NCBI GenBank assembly: GCA_963754575.1
Contig: CAVWGQ010000006.1
Coordinates: 121,853-185,852 of the forward strand
Source: an uncultured Actinomycetota bacterium
Lineage (GTDB): Bacteria > Actinomycetota > Actinomycetes > Propionibacteriales > Nocardioidaceae
Length of the DNA: 64,000 nt
Direction of reading: 5' to 3'
Part shown: positions 19,188 to 28,613 of the stretch, in pieces
How the letters are laid out: each line of letters opens with the position of its first letter
Numbering within the stretch: position 1 is the first letter of the stretch
Translations under genes and position numbers: made by a program
The notes under the pieces: generated by a model
What the model was told of the DNA's origin: nothing
The model's database searches: none
Seen by the model: only the letters and a program-made list of their open reading frames with translations

Positions 19188-19589
19188 GTGACGTGGTCGT
19201 GGTGGACACTCGGCGGAGTCCTGGCGGGGCTGCTGCTGGTGTGGGTCGTGCTGGTGCTGCTGCTGTGGCGCGCCAGCCCGGGGGAGTCCCGGCTGCGCGA
19301 GGCGCTGCGGCTGCTGCCCGACCTGCTGCGGCTCGTGCGCCGGCTCGCGGGCGACCGCACGCTGCCGCGCGGGGTCCGCTGGCGGCTGTGGCTGCTGCTC
19401 GGCTACCTCGCGCTGCCGGTGGACCTGGTGCCGGACTTCCTGCCCGTCATCGGGTACGCCGATGACGCGGTCGCGGTCGTGTGGGCGCTCCGCTCGGTCA
19501 CGCGGGCGGCCGGGCCCGAGGCGCTCGAGCGGCACTGGCCGGGGTCACCGGAGGGGCTGGCCACCGTCCGTCGCTTCGTCGGTTCCTGA
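19188..19589 (+). CDS. YkvA/DUF1232 family membrane protein
   Basis: YLALPVDLVPDFLPVIGYADD motif. Confidence 0.9.
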   Translation: MTWSWWTLGGVLAGLLLVWVVLVLLLWRASPGESRLREALRLLPDLLRLVRRLAGDRTLPRGVRWRLWLLLGYLALPVDLVPDFLPVIGYADDAVAVVWALRSVTRAAGPEALERHWPGSPEGLATVRRFVGS

Positions 19590-19623
19590 GCGGGGACAAC
19601 TTCCGCGGTGGTAGGCACGTCCC

Positions 19624-21321
19624 ATGGGCGTGAGAGCCGCGATCCCCCTGGTCCTGCTGGCCGTGCTCGTGACGGCCGGCCCCGCCCTGCCCATCGGCGA
19701 CCAGGTCGGCCCGGCAGCCGCGGTGCCGGCCGCAGCCGCGGCTGGTCCCGGGCCGGCGACGGCCGCGCGGAGGCCACCGAACGTTGTGGTGGTGATGGCC
19801 GACGACATGCGGGTCGACGACCTCCGCTTCGCACCGTCGCTACGACGGCTGGTGGCCCGCCAGGGGATCACGTTCGAGAACTCGTTCGCGCCGTACCCGC
19901 TGTGCTGCCCGGCCCGGGCGTCGTTCCTCACCGGGGTCCACGCCCACCGCCACCACGTCTGGTCGCACGACCCGCCCTGGGGCTACCAGCGCTTCGACGA
20001 CTCGCGCACGCTGGCGACCTCGCTGCGCCGCGCGGGTTACCGGACCGGCTTCGTGGGCAAGTACCTCAACGGCTACGGGCCGCAGGACTCGCTGGTTTCG
20101 GGGAAGCCCTCGTGGCGCTACGTCCCGCGCGGCTGGACCGACTGGCGCGCCGCGTTCGAGAACCCGGACGTGCCCGGCATCCACGGCGGGACCTACTACT
20201 ACTTCGACACGCCCTACAACGTGAACGGTCGGGTCGACAACCGCTACCGGGGCCGTTACCAGACGAACGTCGTGGGTGACTTCTCCCTCGACATGGCCCG
20301 CCGGTTCTCCCGGCACCGCGACCCGTTCTTCATGTACGTCAACTACGTGGCGCCCCATCACGGAGGGCCGGTCGAGCCGGACGACCCGGGCCCGATCCGG
20401 GACCGGCGGGGACACCGACGGCTGCTCATGACCCCGGCCGTCCCCGACTCGGTGAAGGGCCGCTTCGATGACGTCGTACGCCGGGGGGCGGGCCTGCCCC
20501 GCGGCGGCGGCCCGGCGGAGGCGAGCGTCCGCGACAAGCCCGGCCGGCTCGGCAAGCTCCCGGAGTTCCTGCCCCGCGAGCGGCGGGCGCTGCGGGAGGC
20601 GACCCGGCAGCGCGCCGAGGCGGTGCACGTCATGGACGGCCAGGTCCGGCGTCTCGTGACGACGCTCAAGCGGACCGGTGAGTGGCGGCGGACGGTCTTC
20701 GTCTTCACCTCCGACAACGGCTACCTGCTCGGGGAGCACCGGCTGCTGCAGGGCAAGATCTGGGGCCACGAGCCGTCGCTGCGGGTGCCGATGCTCGTCA
20801 CCGGTCCGGGGATGCGCGGCGGGGGCGAGGACGGGCACCGACGACAGGACCCGATCACCACCGTCGACCTCGCGGCGACCATCCTCGACGTCGCCGGGGC
20901 GCGGGCGCCGTACGACCCGGACGGCGTCAGCCGGCTGCCGACGCTGCTCGACGGCGACGTCGGCTGGACGACCCCCGTCCTCCACGAGGCACTGCACACC
21001 GGGGGGCGCAAGAGCGGCGACTTCGACGACGTCCGGACCGCGATCGGGATCCGGACCTCGCGCTACGTGATGCTGCGCTACCGCAACGGTGCGGAGCTCT
21101 ACGACCTCGCCGACGACGCGGTCCAGAACCGCAACCGCTGGCGCTCGCAGGCCTACCGCGACGTACGGCGTGACCTGCTGGAGGTCTGGGACGCGATGAA
21201 GGACTGCCGGGGCGAGGAGTGCCTGGTCGCGCTGCCGCCGTCGCTGTCGGCCGGCGTGGCGGAGAACCGGGCGCGGACCCGGTCCTACTGGCAGCAGGTA
21301 CGCCGGGTCTACGGCTGGTGA
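19624..21321 (+). CDS. Secreted sulfatase
   Basis: Signal peptide; PNVVVVMADD, CCPARASFLTG (CxPxR), GKYLN and FTSDNG motifs. Confidence 0.93.
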   Translation: MGVRAAIPLVLLAVLVTAGPALPIGDQVGPAAAVPAAAAAGPGPATAARRPPNVVVVMADDMRVDDLRFAPSLRRLVARQGITFENSFAPYPLCCPARASFLTGVHAHRHHVWSHDPPWGYQRFDDSRTLATSLRRAGYRTGFVGKYLNGYGPQDSLVSGKPSWRYVPRGWTDWRAAFENPDVPGIHGGTYYYFDTPYNVNGRVDNRYRGRYQTNVVGDFSLDMARRFSRHRDPFFMYVNYVAPHHGGPVEPDDPGPIRDRRGHRRLLMTPAVPDSVKGRFDDVVRRGAGLPRGGGPAEASVRDKPGRLGKLPEFLPRERRALREATRQRAEAVHVMDGQVRRLVTTLKRTGEWRRTVFVFTSDNGYLLGEHRLLQGKIWGHEPSLRVPMLVTGPGMRGGGEDGHRRQDPITTVDLAATILDVAGARAPYDPDGVSRLPTLLDGDVGWTTPVLHEALHTGGRKSGDFDDVRTAIGIRTSRYVMLRYRNGAELYDLADDAVQNRNRWRSQAYRDVRRDLLEVWDAMKDCRGEECLVALPPSLSAGVAENRARTRSYWQQVRRVYGW

Positions 21322-22109
21322 GCGGCGAAGGCCTGGCCGCGCTCGCGCAGCGCCTCGCCGAGCCGGGCGATCGCGACCGGGCCGACGCCGTGCAGCGCCG
21401 CGAGGTCGGCGGCCGTCCAGGTCACGACCTGCTCCAGGGTGGTCACGCCGACGTGCCGCAGCGCAGCGGTCGCAGGAGCACCGGTGGAGCGCGGCAACGG
21501 CGTACCACCCGGGCGCGGAGCGCGCTCGCGGGGCGGCCCGCCGTGGTCGAGGACGGCCTCGCCGCGGGGTGAGAGCCGGTAGCCGATGGCCAGGGACTCG
21601 GTGAGCCCCTTCTCCTTGAGCTTGCGGACGTCGGCCTTCCACTCCAGCGTCTCCCGGCCGAGCTCCGCGGCGAGCTCGGGCGCGCGGACGCCGGGGGAGC
21701 GGTCGATGATCGCCAGCGTCGGCCGGGTCCAGGCGCCGTGCCTGGAGGAGGCGTCGAGCCGGTCAAGCCAGGCCCGTAGCTCCTCGATCTCCGGCGCTTC
21801 GGGCACGGTCTCGCGCAGCTGCTCGCGCGGGTCGCTGCCGGCGTAGGCCAGGCCGACGCGGAAGACGGGACGGTCGGTGCGGTGCGCGAGCGCCTGCTTG
21901 AGGGCGGTCACGCTCGCGGCGCCCGACCGGCGGGCGTCGTCGGCACGGAGGGCGGACAGCGCCACCTGCTCGACCGACGTCACCTCGACCAGGCCGACGG
22001 CGGTGCGCATCCGGGTGCCGACCTTCACCCTCGGCCGGTCCCACCGGCGGAAGGCGAGGTCGACGTCACCGGCCTTGATCGCCTTGAGCTCGGCGGGACG
22101 GATCATCAT
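21309..22109 (-). CDS. ASCH-like domain protein with winged-helix and C-terminal helix-hairpin-helix-like segment
   Basis: IKAG.VDLAFRRW.RPRVKVG (ASCH-like); K.DVRKLK..GLTESL.IGYRLSPRG; C-terminal L..LHGVGP.A. Confidence 0.65.
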   Translation of the reverse strand: MMIRPAELKAIKAGDVDLAFRRWDRPRVKVGTRMRTAVGLVEVTSVEQVALSALRADDARRSGAASVTALKQALAHRTDRPVFRVGLAYAGSDPREQLRETVPEAPEIEELRAWLDRLDASSRHGAWTRPTLAIIDRSPGVRAPELAAELGRETLEWKADVRKLKEKGLTESLAIGYRLSPRGEAVLDHGGPPRERAPRPGGTPLPRSTGAPATAALRHVGVTTLEQVVTWTAADLAALHGVGPVAIARLGEALRERGQAFAAHQP

Positions 22110-22150
22110 GCGCACAGTCTGACGTGGTGGCGGCTGATCCAGCCACCCAT

Positions 22151-23290
22151 CTACGACGTGCCGAACCAGGCATCGGCGAGGGCCTCGTCCATCCGTCCGT
22201 CGTAGGAGGGCCCCATGCTGTTCCAGTAGTTGGCGAAGGTGAAGTTGCCGGCGGCGATGACGGCTGCGCGCATCTGCGCGGTCTTCGCGAGGCGATCGGG
22301 ATCGTCCCCGGGGGAGCCGGCCTCGGCGAGCCCGACCTGCGCGATGCCCGCGGCGCGGGCGGCCTCGGTGATCCTGGCGACCTGGGTGGTGGGATTCTTG
22401 CCCTTGCCGAAGTAGGCGTCGAAGGCGAACACGTCGACGGTGCCCGCGGGCGGCGTCCAGTCGGCCACGTCGCGACCCGATCGCGGGTCCAGCGTCCAGG
22501 CCATCAAGATGTTGGTCGGGATGCATCCCTCGGCGCGCATCCACGGCGACTGGATCGTCCACTGGCGCTTGTACTCGGTGGACCACGCCTGGTAGGTCGA
22601 CGAGCCGGGGCCGCCGCGGTCGTTCTCCGGCTCGTGCTTGTAGGTGGAGTAGATCGTCAGGTCATCAGGGATGCCCGCCAGGAACGCCCGGATCGCCGTC
22701 TGGTCGGTGTCGCTCCACGAGACCACGAAGCTCCGGACGCCGGCGGCGTACGCCTCCTGCACCGAGATGTCGTCCATGAAGGAGACGCCGTTGAGGCGCT
22801 GGAAGAACACCCGGGCGATCTCGGCCCGCCCCGCGTAGACACGCTCGTCGATTCGCGGGTCCTCGGTGTAGTTGGCGCCGAAGATCGTCGCGGTCGGCGG
22901 CTCCTCCTCGGGCGGCGGAGGTGGCGGCGGTGGCGTGGTCGGGAGGGTGCGTGCGGACACCGTGGCGGAGAACGGGCTGACCGGCGTGGTGCCGTCGACG
23001 ACTCGTACCCGTGCGTAGTAGGCGGTGTCCGGGTTCAGTCCGCTCACGGAGACCTGGGTGGCAGAGGTCCACTTCGGCGTCGCGCCGCTCCACGTCGGGC
23101 TGGTGCTGATGGCGATCCGATAGCGCTCGGCCCCCTCTGGGGCGCTCCAGGCGAAGGTCAGGCTGGAGGTCGTGCTCGCCACGACGCGGAAGTCCTCGGG
23201 CGCGTCGGTGGCCGCCACCGCGGCGGTGGGCACGAGACCGAGGACTGCCAGCGGAAGGACGCTGAGGAAGGCGCGCAGGAGACGGGGCAC
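22151..23290 (-). CDS. Secreted FN3 + GH26-like glycoside hydrolase
   Basis: Signal peptide; FN3 (LTFAW, VSGLNPDTAYYARVR); Pro linker; HEPEND, DVFAFDAY, GLAEAG and YWN motifs. Confidence 0.65.
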   Translation of the reverse strand: MPRLLRAFLSVLPLAVLGLVPTAAVAATDAPEDFRVVASTTSSLTFAWSAPEGAERYRIAISTSPTWSGATPKWTSATQVSVSGLNPDTAYYARVRVVDGTTPVSPFSATVSARTLPTTPPPPPPPPEEEPPTATIFGANYTEDPRIDERVYAGRAEIARVFFQRLNGVSFMDDISVQEAYAAGVRSFVVSWSDTDQTAIRAFLAGIPDDLTIYSTYKHEPENDRGGPGSSTYQAWSTEYKRQWTIQSPWMRAEGCIPTNILMAWTLDPRSGRDVADWTPPAGTVDVFAFDAYFGKGKNPTTQVARITEAARAAGIAQVGLAEAGSPGDDPDRLAKTAQMRAAVIAAGNFTFANYWNSMGPSYDGRMDEALADAWFGTS

Positions 23291-23362
23291 GCCAACAGTG
23301 TCGCCCCGTCGGGTGCCCCGTGGGCCGCCCGTCAGGGATTCCCCCAAGTTCGGGGAGGCGGG

Positions 23363-24529
23363 TCAGCGGCCGAACCAGGCGTCCGCCAGGGCTCGGTCCA
23401 TGCGGGCGTCGTAGCTCTCCCCCGCGCCGTTCCAGTAGATCCCCCATTCGACGTTGCCCGCGGCCAGCAGGGCGACCCGCATCGCGACCGTGTTGGCCAG
23501 GCGCGCGGGATCGCCCGACGGCGCGCCGGTCTCGGCCAGGCCGGTCGGCAGGCCGGCCTGCCGGGCAGCGGCGGACATCCGCGCCACCAGCGCCGACGGG
23601 AGCTTGCCCTTCCCGTAGTAGGCGTCGAAGGCCATCACGTCGACCGTCCCCGCGGGGGGCATCCACTCGGCCAGCGTCCGTCCCGAGGACGGGACGAGGG
23701 TGTAGGCCATCAAAATGCTCGTGGGCACGAATCCCTCGGCCCGCATCACCGGGGCCTGCCGCACCCACTGCTGGCGGTACTCCGTCGCCCACGACCGGTA
23801 GGCGTCGCTGCCCGGTCGGCCCTCGTCGTTCTCCGGCTCGTGGTTGAAGGAGGTGTAGACGGTCAGCCCGGCCGGGATCGCGGCGAGGAAGCTCCGGACG
23901 GCAGCGAGGTCGGTCTCCTTCCAGGAGATGACGAAGGTGCGCACGCCGTCGTCGAGGGCCTCCTGCACCGCTCTGTTGCCCGAGAAGCGCGCCCCGTCGA
24001 GCTGCTGGAAGAAGATCCGGGCGACTTCGGCCCGACCGGCGTACACCCCCTCGTTGACGCTCTGGTCGGTCGTGTAGTTGGCACCGAACAGGGTGTCACC
24101 GCTCGGGGGCGGCGGGGTGGTCGGCGGCGGCGGCGGGACCCCGGGTTCGCCCGGTTGGCCCGTGGTGCGCACGGTCAGCGGCTCCGTGAAGGGACCGAGG
24201 GGCTGCGTGCCGTCGACGGCGCGGACCCGGACGTCGTAGCTCGTGCCGGGGAGCAGCCCCGTCAGCGCCACCTCTGTCCGCGAGGTCCAGCGCACGCGAC
24301 GGCGCTCCCCGGGGTCGGCCTCGGTGGGGGTCCACGCGACCCGGAACAGGGGAATGGCCTCGTCGGGCCGCGTCCACGCCAGCTCGACGCTCGAGGCGGT
24401 GGCGGAGACCAGCCGGAGGTCCGACGGCGCCGGAACCGCGGCGCCGGCCGAGCTGCTCACGAGCGCGAGCCCCAGTGGCGCCGCGAGCACGGCGCTGACG
24501 AGGAGCCGCAGCAGGCGGAAGCCGGTCAT
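23363..24529 (-). CDS. Secreted FN3 + GH26-like glycoside hydrolase (tandem paralog)
   Basis: Same architecture as the neighbour: LTGLLPGTSYDVRV, NHEPEND, DVMAFDAYYGKGK, GLAETG, YWN. Confidence 0.65.
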   Translation of the reverse strand: MTGFRLLRLLVSAVLAAPLGLALVSSSAGAAVPAPSDLRLVSATASSVELAWTRPDEAIPLFRVAWTPTEADPGERRRVRWTSRTEVALTGLLPGTSYDVRVRAVDGTQPLGPFTEPLTVRTTGQPGEPGVPPPPPTTPPPPSGDTLFGANYTTDQSVNEGVYAGRAEVARIFFQQLDGARFSGNRAVQEALDDGVRTFVISWKETDLAAVRSFLAAIPAGLTVYTSFNHEPENDEGRPGSDAYRSWATEYRQQWVRQAPVMRAEGFVPTSILMAYTLVPSSGRTLAEWMPPAGTVDVMAFDAYYGKGKLPSALVARMSAAARQAGLPTGLAETGAPSGDPARLANTVAMRVALLAAGNVEWGIYWNGAGESYDARMDRALADAWFGR

Positions 24530-25011
24530 ACTTGGGCTCCTATCGCGCGCTGCCGGGTGCTGGCGGTGGTTTCTCGGCGATATACCCAACGTTGGGGGCC
24601 GGGTGCTGCCTCACCATGTGAGATGTCGGCGCCTGCGCCGATCCGGTACGCCGGGTCCCCGGTGGTGAGGAACTCCGGGCGGCGACTCCGGCGGGCGCCG
24701 GTCGGGACGCACCCGACGGGTCCTCCGTCCGGTTCCGGTCGTTGTGCCCGGGCGGGAGCCCGGGTCCGGCGCGGCGGAGACGTCTGTGCTGGTGGGACGG
24801 CGTGTCGGCCTTCGCCGGCACGCTCTCGGGGGTGGTGCGGAGATGCTGTGGTGGCGGGGTGGGTGGTCGTCGTGTCCTGGGACATGGACGGATGCTCCAT
24901 CGGCTGGTCGGTCAGGTCGGCTCGTCGAGCCCTAGTCACGAGCCTGCCCTGTCCTCGCGCCCGGAAGTACCTGCGACAGGGCGTCGGGGGCCTCGGCGGT
25001 GCGCCGAGAAT

Positions 25012-25042
25012 GAAGAAAAGGCCCTGTGGAGCCAGGGCCTTC
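25012..25042 (-). terminator. Intrinsic terminator downstream of tRNA-Leu
   Basis: AAGGCCCTG/CAGGGCCTT stem followed on the minus strand by TTTTCTTC. Confidence 0.75.
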
Positions 25043-25046
25043 TCAG

Positions 25047-25132
25047 TGTCCGAGGGGGGACTTGAACCCCCACGCCCTAATACGGGCACTAGCACCTCAA
25101 GCTAGCGCGTCTGCCAATTCCGCCACCCGGAC
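25047..25132 (-). tRNA. tRNA-Leu (anticodon GAG)
   Basis: Minus strand: GTCCGGG/CTCGGAC acceptor stem, CTAGC-TTGAGGT-GCTAG anticodon arm, long variable arm, GTTCAAGTC T-loop; CCA not encoded. Confidence 0.96.
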
Positions 25133-25212
25133 GAGTGCGGTGGAACAGTAGCAAAACGCGACCGTGAGTCCCGCATCGGGATCCCCGCCCCGGGGCCGTG
25201 CAAGATGGGGGC

Positions 25213-26547
25213 ATGAGCGACGACACCCGTCACGATTCAGCGAGCCCCTCCTACGACCCGACGACCGAGGTCGTCGAGCTCTGTCGGGACCTGATCCGGA
25301 TCGACACCTCCAACTACGGCGACGGCTCCGGGCCGGGGGAGCGCAAGGCGGCCGAGCACGTCGCGACCCTGCTCGACGAGGTCGGCATCGAGTCGACGAT
25401 GGTCGAGCGGACGCCGGGACGCACCAGCCTGATCGCCCACTGGGGCAACCCCTCGTCCGACCGGCCGGCGCTGCTGCTGCACGCCCACCTCGACGTCGTC
25501 CCGGCCGCGGCCGAGGACTGGCAGGTCGACCCCTTCTCCGGCGAGATCCAGGACGGCTACGTCTGGGGTCGCGGAGCGGTCGACATGAAGGACTTCGACG
25601 CGATGCTGCTCTCGGTCGTGCGGGCACGCGCGCGCGCCGGCGTACTCCCGGACCGGCCGATCGTGATGGCGTTCACCGCGGACGAGGAGGCAGGTGGACA
25701 CCACGGCGCGCAGGTGATGGTCGAGGAGCACGCCGAGCACTTCGAGGGCGTGACCGAGGCGGTCGGGGAGGTCGGCGGCTTCAGCGCGACCGTGCGAGGT
25801 CGGCGGATCTACCTCGTCGAGGCTGCCGAGAAGGGCATGGCGTGGATGAAGCTCACCGCGCGCGGCCGCGCCGGCCACGGCTCGATGATCAACCCCGACA
25901 ACGCGGTGACCCGGATCTCGCAGGCCGTCGCGCGGATCGGCGCCCACGAGTGGCCGGTCCGACTCACCCCCGCGATGGAGGTGCTGCTCGCGACCGTCGG
26001 CGACCTGGCCGGCACCGAGGCGACGCCGGAGAACGCCGAGGCACTGGTCGAGGAGTTCGGGAGCGCCGCCCGGATGCTCGGCGCCGTCATCCGCCACACC
26101 ACGAACCCGACCATGCTCGGCGCCGGCTACAAGGCGAACGTGATCCCGACCGAGGCCACCGCGCACGTCGACGGCCGGTTCCTGCCGGGCTACGAGGACG
26201 AGTTCTTCGCGACCCTCGCCTCGCTCGTCGGCGACGGCATCGAGGTCGAGTACCTCTCCAACCAGAGCCCCTGGGAGACGCCGTACGACGGCGACCTGGT
26301 CGACGCCATGCACCGCTCGCTGCTCGCCGAGGACCCCGAGGCCCTGGTGGCGCCGTTCCTGATGAGCGGCGGCACCGACGCCAAGCACTTCCGCAAGCTC
26401 GGGATGCGCTCCTACGGCTTCACGCCGCTGCGACTGCCCGCCGACCTCGACTTCACCGCGCTCTTCCACGGCGTCGACGAGCGGGTCCCGGTCGACTCCC
26501 TCGAGTTCGGTGCCCGGGTGTTCGACCGGTTCCTCAACCAGGTCTGA
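25213..26547 (+). CDS. M20/M25/M40 family metallo-hydrolase
   Basis: HAHLDVVP, GRGAVDMK, ADEEAGG, GGTDAKH and HGVDER motifs. Confidence 0.92.
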   Translation: MSDDTRHDSASPSYDPTTEVVELCRDLIRIDTSNYGDGSGPGERKAAEHVATLLDEVGIESTMVERTPGRTSLIAHWGNPSSDRPALLLHAHLDVVPAAAEDWQVDPFSGEIQDGYVWGRGAVDMKDFDAMLLSVVRARARAGVLPDRPIVMAFTADEEAGGHHGAQVMVEEHAEHFEGVTEAVGEVGGFSATVRGRRIYLVEAAEKGMAWMKLTARGRAGHGSMINPDNAVTRISQAVARIGAHEWPVRLTPAMEVLLATVGDLAGTEATPENAEALVEEFGSAARMLGAVIRHTTNPTMLGAGYKANVIPTEATAHVDGRFLPGYEDEFFATLASLVGDGIEVEYLSNQSPWETPYDGDLVDAMHRSLLAEDPEALVAPFLMSGGTDAKHFRKLGMRSYGFTPLRLPADLDFTALFHGVDERVPVDSLEFGARVFDRFLNQV

Positions 26548-26549
26548 CC

Positions 26550-26768
26550 TCAGGTGGGCGAGGCCTCGCCCCAGAAGATCGTCGGCCGCTGCCGGATGAT
26601 CTTGCGCCGCAGCACGACCCGCCGGGTTCCGTCGGCGCGGATCTGCACCCGGTCGAGCTCCCAGCCACCGTGCTCGGCGCGCTCGACGAGCAGCCGGGTG
26701 ACAGCGTTGCGGGAGAGGTCGCGGGAGAGCGTCAGCCTCTCGAACTGCCACTCCACCCCGCGCCCCAT
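26550..26768 (-). CDS. Conserved actinobacterial small protein (DUF5703-like)
   Basis: LLVERAEHGGWELDRV..DGTRRVVLRRKI pattern. Confidence 0.8.
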   Translation of the reverse strand: MGRGVEWQFERLTLSRDLSRNAVTRLLVERAEHGGWELDRVQIRADGTRRVVLRRKIIRQRPTIFWGEASPT

Positions 26769-26798
26769 CGACCGCTCGGCCACCCGTGACGGCACCGG

Positions 26799-27746
26799 TC
26801 AGTACCCCGAGACGTCGTCGAGGGCGGCCACCAGCTCGTCAGGGAGCGTGAGGTCGTCGACCGCGAGGGCCGGGTACAGCTGGGCGGCGGTGCGGGCGCC
26901 GACGAGGGGAGCCGTGACGCCGGGGCGGTCCCGCACCCAGACGAGCGCGACCTGCAGCGGCGTCCACCCCAGGCCGTCCGCGGCACGGGCCACCGCCTCG
27001 ACGATGCCGGCCGTCCGCTCGGTCAGGTAGTGCTCGACGAAGCTCGAGAAGTGCGGTGAGGCGGCGCGCGAGTCAGAAGGGGTGCCGTGGCGGTACTTGC
27101 CGGTCAGCACGCCCCGGCCCAGTGGAGACCAGGGGAGCACCCCGAGACCGAGTGCCTGCGCGGCCGGGATCACCTCGGCCTCGACGTCGCGGTTGAGCAG
27201 GGAGTACTCGACCTGGGTGGACGCCAGCGTCGCGCGGCCGGGCGCGGCCCGCTGCCAGGTGGCGGCCTGGGCGGACTGCCAGCCGGAGTAGTTCGAGATC
27301 CCGACGTACGACGCGCGCCCGGAGGCGATCGCGATGTCGAGCGCGGAGAGCGTCTCCTCCAGCGGGGTGTCGTCGACCCAGGTGTGGACCTGCCACAGGT
27401 CGACGTGGTCGACCTGCAGCCGCTTCAACGACTCGTCGAGGGTGGCGAGCAGGTGGCCGCGGGACGCGTCGGTCACCCGTTGGCCGGTACGCCGCGAGAT
27501 GCCCGCCTTGGTGGCGATCACGACCTCGTCGCGGGTCACCACGTCGCCCACCAGCCGGGCGATCAGCTCCTCCGAGGCGCCGTCGCCGTAGCCGGCCGCG
27601 GTGTCGAGCAGGGTGCCGCCCGCCTCGGCGAACGCGATCAGCTGGTCTCGGGCCTCGTGCTGGTCGGTGTCGCGTCCCCAGGAGAGGGTGCCCAGGCCGA
27701 GCCGCGAGACCTTCAGACCCGTGTGCCCCACGGCGCGTTGCTGCAT
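26799..27746 (-). CDS. Aldo/keto reductase
   Basis: VSRLGLGT, LDTAAGYGDG.SE, IATKAG and SNYSGWQ motifs. Confidence 0.93.
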   Translation of the reverse strand: MQQRAVGHTGLKVSRLGLGTLSWGRDTDQHEARDQLIAFAEAGGTLLDTAAGYGDGASEELIARLVGDVVTRDEVVIATKAGISRRTGQRVTDASRGHLLATLDESLKRLQVDHVDLWQVHTWVDDTPLEETLSALDIAIASGRASYVGISNYSGWQSAQAATWQRAAPGRATLASTQVEYSLLNRDVEAEVIPAAQALGLGVLPWSPLGRGVLTGKYRHGTPSDSRAASPHFSSFVEHYLTERTAGIVEAVARAADGLGWTPLQVALVWVRDRPGVTAPLVGARTAAQLYPALAVDDLTLPDELVAALDDVSGY

Positions 27747-27777
27747 GTCGGGAAGGCTATCCGTAGGCTTGCCCGCC

Positions 27778-28602
27778 GTGTGGGACCTCCTCAAGGCAGT
27801 CGTGCTCGGCACCCTCCAGGGGTTGACCGAGTTCCTCCCGATCTCCAGCAGCGCGCACCTGCGGATCTTCCCCGAGCTGCTCGGCTGGGGAGACCCGGGC
27901 GCGGCCTTCACGGCCGTGATCCAGATCGGCACCGAGCTGGCGGTGCTGATCTACTTCCGCAAGGACATCTGGCGCATCGGCACGACCTGGCTGCGCTCGC
28001 TGTACCGCCCGGAGTACCGCGGCCACCTCGACTCGCGGATGGGCTGGTTCATCATCATCGGGTCGGTGCCGATCGTGGTGCTCGGGATCCTGCTCAAGGA
28101 CGTCATCGAGCGCGACTTCCGCAACCTGTGGATCATCGGCTGCACGCTGATCGTGCTCGGCATCATCCTCGGCGTGGCCGACCGGATCTCCTCGGACGAC
28201 AAGGGGATCAAGGAGCTGTCGCTGCGCGACGCGGTGCTGATGGGCCTGGCCCAGGCCTGCGCACTGGTGCCAGGTGTCTCGCGCTCCGGCGCGACGATCT
28301 CGATGGGCCGCTTCCTCGGCTACGAGCGGGAGGCCGCGACCCGTTACGCCTTCCTGCTGGCGATCCCGGCGGTCGTCGGAGCCGGCCTGTTCACGCTGCC
28401 GGACATCGGTGACGGGGACAACGCCTACGGCTGGGGGCCCACCCTGGTCGCGACGGTCGTCGCCTTCGTCGTCGGGTACGCCGCGATCGCGTGGCTGCTG
28501 CGCTACGTCTCGACCCGGTCCTACCTGCCGTTCGTGATCTACCGGATAGGCCTCGGGACGATGGTGCTGGTGCTGCTCGGGGTGGGCGTGCTCAACCCGT
28601 AG
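27778..28602 (+). CDS. uppP: Undecaprenyl-diphosphate phosphatase
   Basis: QGLTEFLPISSSAH and PGVSRSGAT motifs. Confidence 0.95.
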   Translation: MWDLLKAVVLGTLQGLTEFLPISSSAHLRIFPELLGWGDPGAAFTAVIQIGTELAVLIYFRKDIWRIGTTWLRSLYRPEYRGHLDSRMGWFIIIGSVPIVVLGILLKDVIERDFRNLWIIGCTLIVLGIILGVADRISSDDKGIKELSLRDAVLMGLAQACALVPGVSRSGATISMGRFLGYEREAATRYAFLLAIPAVVGAGLFTLPDIGDGDNAYGWGPTLVATVVAFVVGYAAIAWLLRYVSTRSYLPFVIYRIGLGTMVLVLLGVGVLNP

Positions 28603-28613
28603 CGCGGGCCTTC

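Noticed and set aside
24540-25040. Overlapping ORFs and a possible integrated-element attachment site downstream of tRNA-Leu
   Set aside because: The ORFs show no recognisable motifs; I saw no duplicate of the tRNA 3' end and no integrase in the window.
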